NCBI GenBank assembly: GCA_040954595.2
Contig: CM082594.2
Coordinates: 8,695,512-8,759,511 of the forward strand
Origin: Balanoglossus misakiensis
Lineage: Eukaryota; Animalia; Hemichordata
DNA length: 64,000 nucleotides
Reading direction: 5' to 3'
Below, piece by piece: positions 13,861 to 26,700 of this stretch. The position numbers were made by a program, and so were the translations under genes. The notes under the pieces are model-generated. The model had not been told where the DNA came from. It worked only from the letters and a program-made list of their open reading frames with translations, and made no database searches. The first letter of the stretch is position 1. Every line of letters starts with the position of its first letter.

Positions 13861-15410
13861 TACTTTTGAGGGAAGAGAAAACATGTATGGAACTTAAATC
13901 CTACACACCCGTACATTGACATATTATTGATGCACAATGAAAACGCTTTAGTTGACGCCACGGATATTAATTAATGCATGGTGCACGATAATTGTTGTTA
14001 TATTGAATCGCACGCACACAATATATCATTTCAATTAATACTGTATTGCGCACAACTGTTCCTGCCCAAGGGTGTTCATATTAATATAGCGTCGCAGTAG
14101 AGTACTATGGCAACATTTACGGTATCGGGCCACCCCTTTGACATGACTACTGGGTAATCCTATCCATAGTACGTGCAAATACCCATGATGCATTATGATT
14201 CGTACACAGAGATACCTAGATTTGCATAAGTGCATTGGTAAGCCCAGTGATGGCGAAGTGCTTAAAAACATGTGGACATTATGTTCTGTGAAATTTCCCC
14301 CATATTGGCGCGTCAGTTGACGTTTGTTAATTCGCCAACTGTAGAAAAACGCTCAGTTGCAACAATGGTTGGCTTCGATGGATGTACTGTAGCAATATGG
14401 ATAAACGAGAGATTTTAGGTAGGCCAACACTCATTCCTTTTGCCATCAGAAACACAAGCATGCCTGGTCTACACAGGCCAATTATTGTTTATTATCAGCA
14501 GCCCCATCTTTGCATTCACTGTGTTTTTGCTTTTCTCATTCTACTGCTACCGTCTCTCTAGATCTGCATCTGACCACCTGACCAAAAATGTCAGAGCGTG
14601 AACTTTTTCAAGTCATTTCTGAATTCTCAGGTGTTTGTGAACGCTACCATAATTATCCATATATTCACCTCTCACCAGTGTTACTTTGGCATTCCTAATG
14701 CATCGGATCGTGTACCCGGTAGAGTGCATTTATTTGACCTAAATTGACACATTTCTTTTATTTCTTCTTGACAGATATTCACACACCTGGGATTAAACCA
14801 GAGTTTTCATGTCAAAAGGGAAGTGTTCTTGGGCTTGATTAATAAGCTGGTGATCTTCCACCACAATGGATGTTGTTAGTAGCCGTCACATTTGGTAGGA
14901 CACACTACAGCTATGTATCTTACTGATTTTATTAAATATCATTTGAAAGCGAGATATACGTGTTCCTTATAATGATTTGTTTAATAATTCGTTTGTGTAT
15001 GTAATCAGACAAGTACCCTCGCTGGTGGAAATGTTCGCTGACCTCTGCGTGAATCACGTGACCCGTGAAAGGTCATAGATACATGCAGATACAGGTAAAC
15101 CGCCATTTTGAAATTTGTTATACATAATTCATTGAGGATAGTCTTTTTTCCCCTTATGAACATGTTTTTCATATGGGTGGCTAAATACTAAGCACTTATG
15201 CAACAAATCTTCACATTTTGTTACCAGTTATACCAAACTTCATCTTATCCATCGTTAACCTAACGTCTTTTTTGCGTAACCTCTTCCTTTGTTTCCTTTC
15301 TTTGTTTCAGACTGACCGATTTACTAGTAAACCGGACACTTTTTGAACTTTGGTTGTTATTTTTGTGTTCTAACCATGTTCTCACTCTGTCTAGAGTGAA
15401 AATAAACTGC

Positions 15411-15480
15411 AGGTAGCTCGCCTATGGAGTCGAACCCAGGACCTCAGTTCAACAGATCTCCTCTCTGACCTCGACCTGTT
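15411..15480 (-). mobile_element. tRNA-derived SINE head / tRNA-like relic
   Basis: Minus strand reads ...ctgttgaactgaggtcctGGGTTCGACTCC..., a Pol III B-box in tRNA T-arm context; no intact cloverleaf or A-box seen. Confidence 0.3.
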
Positions 15481-16015
15481 CAACCAATCAGATTTACTGT
15501 TTCTTGAATGGTGGTGTCAGTTTACATGTCCGTTTGTGCTTTGCTGATTGGGCTGGGGACCAGCCAATCTCTGCGTGTACGATTCGTGTTGCATCATGGG
15601 ATAAACCACATACTGTGCTATCTTGGTTAGGAGACAATAAATACATATATTGCGATTGTAACCTTTTGTAAGCTAGGGCAAAATAACTTCCTATGAGAGT
15701 AGGCCTATTTACCATTATTGGAATTCGCGCTGCTATCCCTAACTAAAAGGACTGTGTTTTTTTATATTCCATAAGCAAATGTTTGCCAACTGTTTTATTA
15801 GAAAATGGAATAGCCCCTTTGATAATTAAGAACACTTGTTTAGCATGAAACCTGCCCGCAGACGTCACTCGACCATTTCTTTAGTGTAGAAGTTGAATAT
15901 TTTTTTCTTTGTTAACTTTTTTGTAGCGTGTTGGCCATGTGAAAAGCACTTTTGATGAAACTTGCTTGCAATATGTGTTTGTTCAATTACCTGGTTCCTT
16001 TGGTATTAGATGGAA

Positions 16016-16246
16016 GGTGGTTGAACACCCTAGAGGGACAATTAGATTTTGTAATATAGAGAATAACTAATATGAAAAAAACTCATTTATGGGCTCATAT
16101 TTCATTTTCAAAGTTGACGTTTTTTTCTTTAGAATGCAAGATATGGAGGACAGACACTGAGAATTTGAAGTATGCACTTGATTTATAACTTTTTAAACTC
16201 TACCATGCTGAGAAAAAAATCGTCAAAAGTAGGGTATTCAACCACC
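16016..16246. mobile_element. Non-autonomous TIR element (MITE), Kolobok-like
   Basis: Ends GGTGGTTGAACACCCTA ... TAGGGTATTCAACCACC (17-bp TIR, 1 mismatch); right flank TTAA, left flank GGAA; AT-rich non-coding interior. Confidence 0.65.
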
Positions 16247-17176
16247 TTAAGCAACTACTATTTAATGTATTGTTATTTTTGCACCACACAGATATGCCTT
16301 ACTAGAAGTTGATATAAAATTTTCTTGTTGAGTATTTGACTATAAAAAAAGAGTATTCGACTATAAAAAATATCCTTTAGCCGTTTTGTGAGTCAATGGA
16401 ACTTTACTTTAGTATTGCAGTCATTTAATATGATAATCCCAACCTACGATATTGTGCACTTTGTAGGTCACGTGATGTAGGTGCAGTTTTTGTTTGCCCG
16501 TCTCGAATCCGAAACATCTAATCCGTCGGAATGTAATGAGCTAGTTGTAGTTAGTTTCATTTGTTTGTAAACGTGGACCATGATTTATGGTTGTAATATA
16601 CGCATAAGGCTTTAAAAGGGTAATTGTGGCCGACAAATTGACTGATTGATTTCTGCCCACGTATTTGGAGGTGTGACTGTGTTATTTGGATACCAAGTGT
16701 CATTGCAGTCTTGTTTAACGAAGACGTTGTTTGTTTCCATCTGTGAGTCTTCATGTTAAAAAAATGAAATCATAGTCTTATTTTAATCCACAAACGTGTC
16801 TGCGTAGAATACGAATGTTGATCTGGAATGTTATGAAACCAGTTTGCGTGCGTGGCTTCTTGGAAGCTTACTGCACAGAATAATCGACAAATGTGCAATA
16901 TTTAACTGATTTTACTGTCTTTGTACAATTGGAAATTGTCGAGGAATTAAAATATTGGACAAGAAATGCGGATTTGTGTTCATTCAATACGTGTATTTTG
17001 TAATGGGCGTATTGGAGTTAGTATGCACAGCGAATTTATAGTGCGGATTTAGAATGGTGTGGCCCTGTGTGTGCGGCGAGTGAAGAAAGTTGATCAGTGG
17101 ATTTGTCTCGCTCATTAAAAACTGAACATACATCCGAGCTTCAATATTGTCGTCAGAATGCCTATAGCGACATGGA

Positions 17177-17263
17177 TCTCTCTCCGTCTCTTTTCTTTCT
17201 GTCTCTCTCTGTCTCTCTGTCTCTCTCTCTGTTTCTATCTGTCTCTGTCACGCTCTCTCTCTC
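17177..17263. repeat. Imperfect (TC)n/(TCTG)n microsatellite
   Basis: Direct reading. Confidence 0.85.
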
Positions 17264-17799
17264 TTATACTGAACAGTTCATTGCCTCGTTCTCAGTTTTA
17301 CATAGCGCCCCCACTAGGCGTGAAGTTTGAAAGTGATGTTTTAAGGGTCAAAGGTCGCGAATATGGAGGCTTCAGTTTCAGCGGGTGTTCTGCCACATCG
17401 TCGTAAACCACGACCTCTTCACGACTCTGGCTCGCGAGAATGTTCAGTCACCGTTCAGTGGGCACCACTGTGCCAAGGACGCAGCAGAAGGATGGTGGAG
17501 TGTGAACTCAATGATGGCGGATGAACAAATGATGGCGTATCCAGGAGACAAGGATCACGGCCGTGGACAGTTAAGTGTCAGAGGTCAAAGTTCGCGGAAA
17601 GACATTTTAGCTTTATTCAGGTAACAGAACACCATAGTAGTCTATCAATAACAATTCTGGTTTCATAAAATTCAGAAATCCAGAAATCCTGCATTGATAA
17701 TACTAATTACATACATTAAATTGCATATATTATTTAAATATAGAAATTAATTGTTAATTAACGTACATTCTGATGACTTTCAGATCAATTATCTGTAGC

Positions 17800-20700
17800 G
17801 TTCGCACAAACTGCGCTCAGAAACATATAAATAATTCTAAGGGCATAAAAAAGGAGGAGGAAATAGTCAGTTTTTAATTACTGCTGCTGGGTGGTATGGC
17901 CATCATCATTTATTATAGATTGTCTTCGTGAGATGAAGCCCATGCCCCAAATTAGACCAGCCGCACACACAGAAGGCTTGCTGATAAACAATTCTGTAGC
18001 AGGCGTTATGTAGTTGAAGGGCATCGGTTCTACGGTAGCTCATTAAAAATCTTTTTGTTTGGCCGAACCTTCTGTTTTGGTGGGATGGGTAATTTAAATA
18101 TAACCGGGACCAAGCAAACAGAAAAGGAAAGCCAGGTGAAAGATAAAAACCTGCTCCAAATGCTCCCTCGATTATTAATAAAATTGTAAATAGTGTCAGC
18201 CCTAACATGGTTGACAGTTCCAGTTATGGGACAATCGCGTTTGCGTCAGTGGCAGATATATGATATGTTTGTAGCGACGTCGCCGATCAGGGCACAGCAT
18301 CTATGACTTGAAATGTTGTCTACTGTCAGCTCAAAGCATTCATCATCGTGAGACGGTGTCTATGAATGAAAGACGTAGTGTCCCGCAATCCGCTTGATCG
18401 TCTGTGTCCGTTAACGCATCGCGTGGTTATTGTGCAGTTGCCATAGAAGTAAGCTTTAAGGGCATAGAGCCATGGCACAGCAAAACCACAATACAAGATT
18501 CTTTGACAAAAACAATAGTCAGTTACTTTGTTTTCTACTTGTGACGTCTTGTAGATGTCCCTCTATTCAGTAGTCATTCAAAAACAGACAATGCTACCTG
18601 TTTTCATTGGACTCACTGCTTAATTGCTGTCGACTTCAGAACAACAATTTAATCAGTCTATAATTAGTGCTTAGTAAAGACGCACGGTCACGACTACTGT
18701 TGATGATGTCATCAGTTGAACTTCGGCTTGTGTCGACTGGATTTCCCATTGAATATTCGCTTGTGGTCCCGGATTTCTGAAGTTCTACGTGTACATGTAG
18801 TATTTGCGCGGTCTCGAAATAATGAAGCGCGCCACCTTCACCAATGGTGAAGACGTCAACAGTTTAGTCACGATTGATTTAAATTAGGTAAGTCGGGTCG
18901 TTGGAATCCGTCAGGTATCGTCTAAGGATTTGTAGTCTTCAGTGCGTGTATAGCTCTTGTTCCTGTGGTATAAAACCACTCATCATTCGAAAGTTGAATA
19001 AAAATGTGCAAATTCGATGAAAAGGGTTTAATTCAAGGTTTACGTAAAGTTAATTGTTTGCCAGAGTTGCCGACTCAAATTTAAATTTGAATCGCCGCTT
19101 ACAGACGAACACTGGACAAAGGCCGTAGATGGACTTCCGACCTCGAAGATAATCCCCTTTACTCTCTCGTGTATATTCACGGAAGTTGTTAACCTGTAGT
19201 CTCATAAGTGGCCCTTGGCCAACCCCGAGAATCATACAGACCTTTTGTGTGCAGATATGCAAGTACACGTGTTCCAAATTTGCCAAAGACATCATGGACA
19301 CAAATGAAGTGTATTTTGAATCACGATTGTCCAAGGGATTGCCTGTAAAGATATCATAACACATTCCTTATAGAGTAGTAACCAGTATATGTTTATCGCC
19401 GTGTTTTTTTTGTTTGTTTGGACTAGCTGTCCCTTGCACGTTCTTGTAGAAATTTTACTAGCGTAAACTTATGGACTGTGACCAAATTTATCGCTTTCAC
19501 TTATCTATTGGCCTGACGTCACCATAGGCACATAAAATGTACCACGGATTGAAGCACCACCCCTCAGTTCAATTGCCCATAATCCAGCTTCCGATTGTAC
19601 ACAGTTCTATGTTCTATTGTTTCTACACAAAACCGGGTTGGGTCTGAGAAGCTCCCCCCAAAATATGCGAGCCAAGAATGCCGGATGTGCTCGTCCCAGT
19701 ATTAGAAATCATTGCCCGTTACCATGTCGATAAACACGCGATCCTGTACAAGCGTCTCTTGGCCACACACCTCTCCAGTGATCGATACCAACAGTGGTAC
19801 ACGTGTTGACACAAGCCCGTATTCACACGTCTGACACAATCCCCGACCGAATTCCTAATTGATTCTCGTGTTTCGGATATCTTTAATTCATCTGTCGTAT
19901 TGATTATTGTTTCTGTTAAAAGGCTTGTGACGTTTACCAGTGCCAATGGACATTTAGTCGCCTGACCCGACGGCGTCCAACTCTGATGTTGATTTCTTCA
20001 GCGTTGGATGACAACTTGAGGTACGTATAATACTTCATTTCTGTCCAAGATATGTTTGAAGTTTCAGGTGCTTATGAACATAAAATGTATTATAAAAAAA
20101 GAGATATGAATATTTCTATATTAGAATGCACATAAAGATTTAGTCCAGTGCGAATTTATCTTCGATTTTCTACTTGGTGGCCTGAACATCCTCCTCGTCG
20201 TCCAGTTTCCGCTTTCCTGTCACGTCTCAGTCACGGGCAGCAAATTAAGGAACACACGTCACCGACTAAGAAACCAGAGTTGTCGCTGATAACGTTAAAT
20301 GATTAGCCTGGATAATTACACCAGTTCTAACCACACACTACGCCAGGCAATGAAGCCGGATTAGAAAGTGTCTCTTGTATGTGTGTAGTCTAAATACGAT
20401 AGTCACCCTGGGTGCATTCAATAATGATGTATCTGTGGTTTTTCCGAAGCTCTCTCCAGCGATTTTATTTTAAGATCGAAATCGTGATTTGAAAGGGTCG
20501 TTTTCGCCCCTAATACATGAACACTTTTTCCGATTCGGTGTTTAATTGGCTTAAAGCTTCATGAGTTACACCTCGAAAAATTGCTTAAGCTTTAGATAAT
20601 ATTGTACATGCTTTTAATTCCGTCTATTAAATGTTACTGACTGATAGTATATCAAGATAACACTTATTTAAGACGAAATGTCCAAAAATTAAAGAAATAC

Positions 20701-23700
20701 AGTCAAAAATTCGCACAATTTAAACAAAATGAAATATGCAATGAAAAATGAAATGTAGACTAAAGTGAAATGTGCTTCTTTCAGATAGATTCAAAGGGCT
20801 CCGCTGGGTTTATTGACCAGCTTACAAGTGCCAAGCGAATCTGATTGGACCGCCAATGAGACGTGATTGTCTATAACATACAGATCAACTCAAGAGGGCG
20901 AGTATCAAACACTAGTTACCCATAGTACTGCATGGAAATTCTAGTCGACCAATGGATGATGACGATGGCAGACCGTCCCTAGACTAAGGTGAGAAATCCA
21001 TTTTAGTTTCTTATTTTATCCCACATTTGCCTCTATAGAAACTGAACATGGGCAATAACGTTATAAAATGGACTTGGTGTTTTGTGAGTCAGTTCTGTGG
21101 TGACGTCTTGTTGTTACGGTGCAGAACACTTTCTGAGATGCGTTGGCTCAGAGAACCCGTCGTCACGAACATATTCACCTGTGCGAGGCTAGGTGTTTCA
21201 AATTGGTGACACACCAGTTCGTTGTGTCTCACCGTCCCACGATCGATAAAAGTTGCCATGGGCATATAAATGCAGTTCCAAAGGCCTCAGAATGAATGTA
21301 ATTGTGCGCTGTGAATCAGGGGCAGTGGAGTGTGGAGAAGGTTGCAAGGCGTGACCTTTTATCCATAACAGGTGACTCTTAGAAAAAAAGCACATGGTCG
21401 CGTTTGGTAGTGTCATTGTTGTCTTTAGTCTGTAAAATTTGTCGACAGGATCTTCATGAGGGAGGTGGCGGGGTAGATTGAATATAGCCTAACCCATGAA
21501 AAAAAGTCCAAAGATGACAAAATCACCAAATCAAGCAAAGTCAGTTGACAATTTTCATGAGCTATAATCCATGACAACTGTCTAAAATGACAAAATCCAC
21601 CCACTCCCCCTTTGCGATTTATTCCCATCTTGCTTGAAAATACCTTTCTCTATCTTTCGCCATATCCCCTTACATACTTCATTCTTAATGCAACTGAAGT
21701 GGATAAAATGAAATCAAGCCTTTAGACCTTCCGGTTGGTTTGGAATAAATCCACTTTTTATTCATTGTATTTCGTCATGCAACTGCCAACAATGAAACGT
21801 TGGTGCAGTTGACCTGTGTGGCCCCTCAAAGTGCCCTTTGTCGGGAAACACTATTGGTCAACGTAAATGTTGGGCCAGATTGTAGTTACCAAGTTTCATG
21901 CGCTCGGCCTGCTGGCCAAGGATCCTCAAGTCTCGTTTGCATAACAACTGCACCTTTATACCACATTCTCCGTGTAACTTGTTGCTTGCCATGTAACACT
22001 GTACACCTGACACCTACACCACAAAGCTGTAGACAAAGCTGAATACCCCGGCGTACCACTCAGCTCAAACACTCCAAGTGAAAGCCACGGGACCCAATGT
22101 AGCCAGAATTGTCCTGTATATATTGTTCAATTTCGCGACGAGTTGAAGGCTCAAGATGGAAGAAGCTCATTGGTTTTGGGAGGAGCTCCCGCAGCTGTGG
22201 CAAATCATGGGGGTAGAAGATTTTGCTTTTACTCTTGTAAGTAATTTCATACGTCATTCGAATCCGCCCGCCCCGTTTTCGAGCGTACGACTTTCCGTTT
22301 GGAACGCACTTGGCATGATTAGGAGGCACTCTGATTTAAGCTCACAGTTTCTACAGACTGACAGCGTTCAGGCTTTCCACGGCACACAATCATGAATTTC
22401 TCTGTCTGCTTTACGTAACAAGTGCAAATTAGACGCAGGTAAATTTGCCCTCTGTCAACAGCGTATGTAATTCAAGACTCTTGTTTGCCCGTAAAATTAG
22501 TACCAGTCCCTTTACTCTCGGTTGCTCATACCAAATACCACGTAATATGCCCTGTGAAATTCCCCAAACTAAAGCCTTCAAACATGCACCGTGGTGTTGA
22601 TATTTCTCTGTTCGGATCAATACACACTCATACGTGTTAATATGGCCGCACATTGTCCACCTGGTTCATTATAATACACCAGGTGTTAAGTGTGATGGCA
22701 GCCATTACTGACTCGTAAATTTGGTGTTAGAATTTGGTATGAATCAGGAATTTTGGGGAGTTTTAGGTTTGTAAGCATCATACATCTGCTCTGCAGTAGA
22801 TTTTAATATTCATTATACGATAGAACCGGTTCCAAAATATTTGCTGCAAATAGTCAAATGCGCTCAGCTATGTTGAAACCAAGCCAATCTAATCCCCATT
22901 TCATTGTCTATCGCTCTTTCACACACGTACTGTTTCAAGTTCCAAACAGATTAACTGTACCATAAAGGGAGATTACCACATAACAGTCCTAGCAACAATT
23001 TGTCCAAAGACCATTAGCATCTTAATCTGTGTAGTTTTTCCTATAGCTGAAGATTTATTCTCCTTGAGATATTTACCAAGACGCACAGAGTGTTGACCGG
23101 CGATATCGCTGCGTCCACTCTTCATGTTTACAAGGCTGTGGTTCATTGGTAATTTACTTGACCAGCCAAGCACGTCGGTAACGGGAGGAAATCTAGTCAG
23201 TTAAACGGGGATTTTTTGTCAACGATTCTAGTCTTCTGTCAAATTATTTCTTGTAAATTCCATGCACGAAGATTGGTAGCCAGGGTTTGACAACAGTCCC
23301 TCGAAGACACATATTACAACGCTCTACTGGTACATTACTCAGGGGAAACCTGGGTCTTTGTAATGTTTCATAGCATTTTAAACCATTTAGGCTGTCTGGG
23401 TCAATAAACTTGGTATTCAGTGAAACCCTTTAGGGGAAGGTCCACCGCGGTTTGTGATGGTGTATGGTGTATACCCTAAGATGGACCTCACCTGCGACTG
23501 GTTTTATTAACAACAGAGTGACGTCACATAACTTTGGTGTAGATTACCGCCAGGAGATCACATGGCCAAATCTGTTGTAACGGTCAGTGGTGTTTTAATG
23601 GCGGATCCATTCCACCACTTTCAACGTTTCGAGAATCACCCTAGCAAGTGAACGTACACAGAGCAATGCTCAAAGCAAAATGCAAACAAACATTACGATT

Positions 23701-26700
23701 TGTACTCCTGTGTATTAAACAGGTAATTGTCATCATTTCGTAAATAAATGAAGAAAAGCTATAATTTTCGAATTTAGAGGGCGCCATAAAAGACCACCTG
23801 TTATTATGACGTAGGCCGCTTAGACGTATCTGATTTGATACCCACTAGCTGATATTCGTATCTTATTGACAATCGCCATTTTGGCAGCTGATTTAGGTCG
23901 ATCGAGAGATATTTATAGTCAACAAGTCAGCGAGGCGGTGACCTAAAATCATTAATCATCACGAACCCCCTGACACCAGTCAGCTCAAACATACTGTTTA
24001 CACTGACTCCGAAAATAAGCACAACAGTGATTTTAATAATTTCTGTTTGGTATTTCGATCCAAGATTTGTCCGGTTCGATATTTTAGGGTGTAAAGCAAT
24101 TTGTCTTGACTTTCACTGGGGGTAAAACGCTGATCACCCTATTAGGAATACGTCACTTCCTCTGTTCAGTGGGCAATATAGGATTAAAGGTCACGATTAA
24201 TACACCATTAATTTGCACTGTGGACCGTCCATATTGGCCAGAAGCACAGATACCAAAGAATTTATCGATTTTTTGGAGTAAAAAATTGTTCAAATCTGTT
24301 ACCAACAACACAATTTGCGAAGACATTCGAGATGCTCAAACGCCTCTCGCATATTGTCCAGTAATTTTTAAGGGAAAGTTCCCAACGTCTCACATCCATG
24401 CTGTCGACTGCAAAGGGATCCACAACCACAACGACATGGGGTGAAGTCGTGTCGAGGATACCCAAGGGATACCAAGTGAACGGCAAAAAAGCGCCGTTTA
24501 CGTTGGTGACGTGCTACGACAAACGCCACAAGATGTTGAAACTACAGCATCAAGTCTTCGGTGTTGGGGGACTCAAGGTAAAATCTTCATAAGTTGAAAT
24601 TGGTCAGAATAGTTAGGAGAGAAAGTGACGGATTGTACCAGTATGATACCAGATGAGACTCAAAATTGCCCAGTAAACAAATGGCTGAACGACCTACACA
24701 GACTTTGGTCAGAACTGATACGCGGTTGCAAACTAAGAAATTTCAACGGTTAGGATAAAATCGTCGAACTGTAATATTCTCATTCTACTGTGGGCGTTTT
24801 ATTTTAATTTCCTCGTTTGCGCCAGCAAAACATGAAAGCAACGCCGGCGTCACAGATCATTATTAATTCAACACCACTGGAAGGTGTGACGTCAAACAGA
24901 CAGGAAAGTGTTACAACAGCAAGGAAAATGGTCAACATCTCGGATCTTCTATTAAATATTTGTTCGACGGTGATGCTCGGGGCGATAGAGTCCATATAGG
25001 ATATCAGCGCGCTGGGAATAGATGCTTAATTTAAAGCAGTTGTAGACTCTTTCATATACTGCGCATTTTTTTGCATTCTATCCGTCATGCAACAAGCGAC
25101 TAATGCTTCGACACGTTCATTTTAGTCAGTGACGTCACTGATTGTATTTTGTAAAGTGCACGACATCGTGTACTGAAACGAACTTCCGACGTTTTTGTTC
25201 TTGACCGCGATTTACCAGGAAGTTCATGATGAGTCGTGATCTTTTCGTTGCAAACCCGGTTTGTCAAAATTTACGCACACATACGGAGATTTATGGTTTC
25301 GTCGGCCATTAACTCTCACGCCGTTAACGTTTCGGAAGATGTCAGGCGCGCGGGTCCCTAGTAACGGTGACGTCATGAGCTTGATCAGAGTTCGCAAATG
25401 TTGACAAACGTGGTACTTTCCGAAATCTGAGTAACTGTGTAGACATCTTTTGCTATGTGAGGAAAACGGACAAATGCCACTTGGGAAATCCTGAACAGTT
25501 CCAGCAAAGCTTCAAAATACTTGAGAATAAGGTATTGGCTGTTTTCGTTTTGTGAGATCCCGAAACCATATCTCCTCACCGCAAATAACATTGTAATTAC
25601 GTACCATGTTGCATCTTTCAGCGAGAAACCAGTATCATTACTGTACAATTTGTGTTTCTTGAAATTTAAAAAATATCTATAGATGTAGTTAATTTCGCCA
25701 TAATACTTCATCAATCTGGCCCGGGCCACATGCCGAGCCTTTTCAACAAGACCTGATAGAAAATTATTTTTCATCAGCATTTAGCGTAATGGTATACGCT
25801 TGCATAATGCGCTTTCATATTTGGGTTTTACTGCCGTTTGAAATAGCACGTGACCTTTCACCTTTTTGTCATTTCTCACCCGGTCTGCCGAGTGCTGAAA
25901 CAATATACACTCAGGATAGGCACGCCATTTGCAAAGGATTGGCCACGTCAGTCGCGTCTATTCCAAGAGCGTTCTGGGATATTCCAGATTTCTGTCCGTC
26001 CCTATAAGATCTTGCCATCCATGATGGTAATCATGTAATTGGTGGTTTTGGATCGGTGACTGGCATTGTCGAGTGAGTACAAACCTTATTACAAGATACT
26101 GTTGTAAAGATGGCGACGATTTCTCGTAATCAAATGTCGTCATTGTTTGTGGATGGTCTTTTGGTTCGGGAACACCCCTACTTTCCCAAAGCCCGGGGAT
26201 TTAGCGAAAGTTCTAAGTCACTTGTTTACTTGAAAACGCAGATTGTTCATGTTCAATTAAGCCACAGTTTCTAATAAGAAGAGGTCATTAGGATGTTTCG
26301 TACTCGGCGAACAGGGATAGATTTGAAGGAAAACCCAGAGTTCATTTTTGTTTTAAGCAGGTGATTTTGAGGCTAATGGAAAATGATACACACTTATGAA
26401 CTAATTTGAGAAATAACGTGAGCGCTGGCTTGAGCGCGGTGGAGGGTGACAATCGCCCGCAGGTGTTTTTGTCCTCATATTCGTTGCCAGTGCATGCAGT
26501 TTATTAGGTCCGAGTCTTTCGTGTCCTGTTTGGTTGATAAATGATCATAATGACTGTATTACTGCTCATTATTGTGAGGACAATTTATCGAGCTAAGATT
26601 TCTCGGATTCCCCTATCCTCAGAATGACAACAGATAATCTGCAAGTCACCGGCGTCCATGGTTCACACTGACCTTGAAAAATACCACTTAACGAGAAGTG

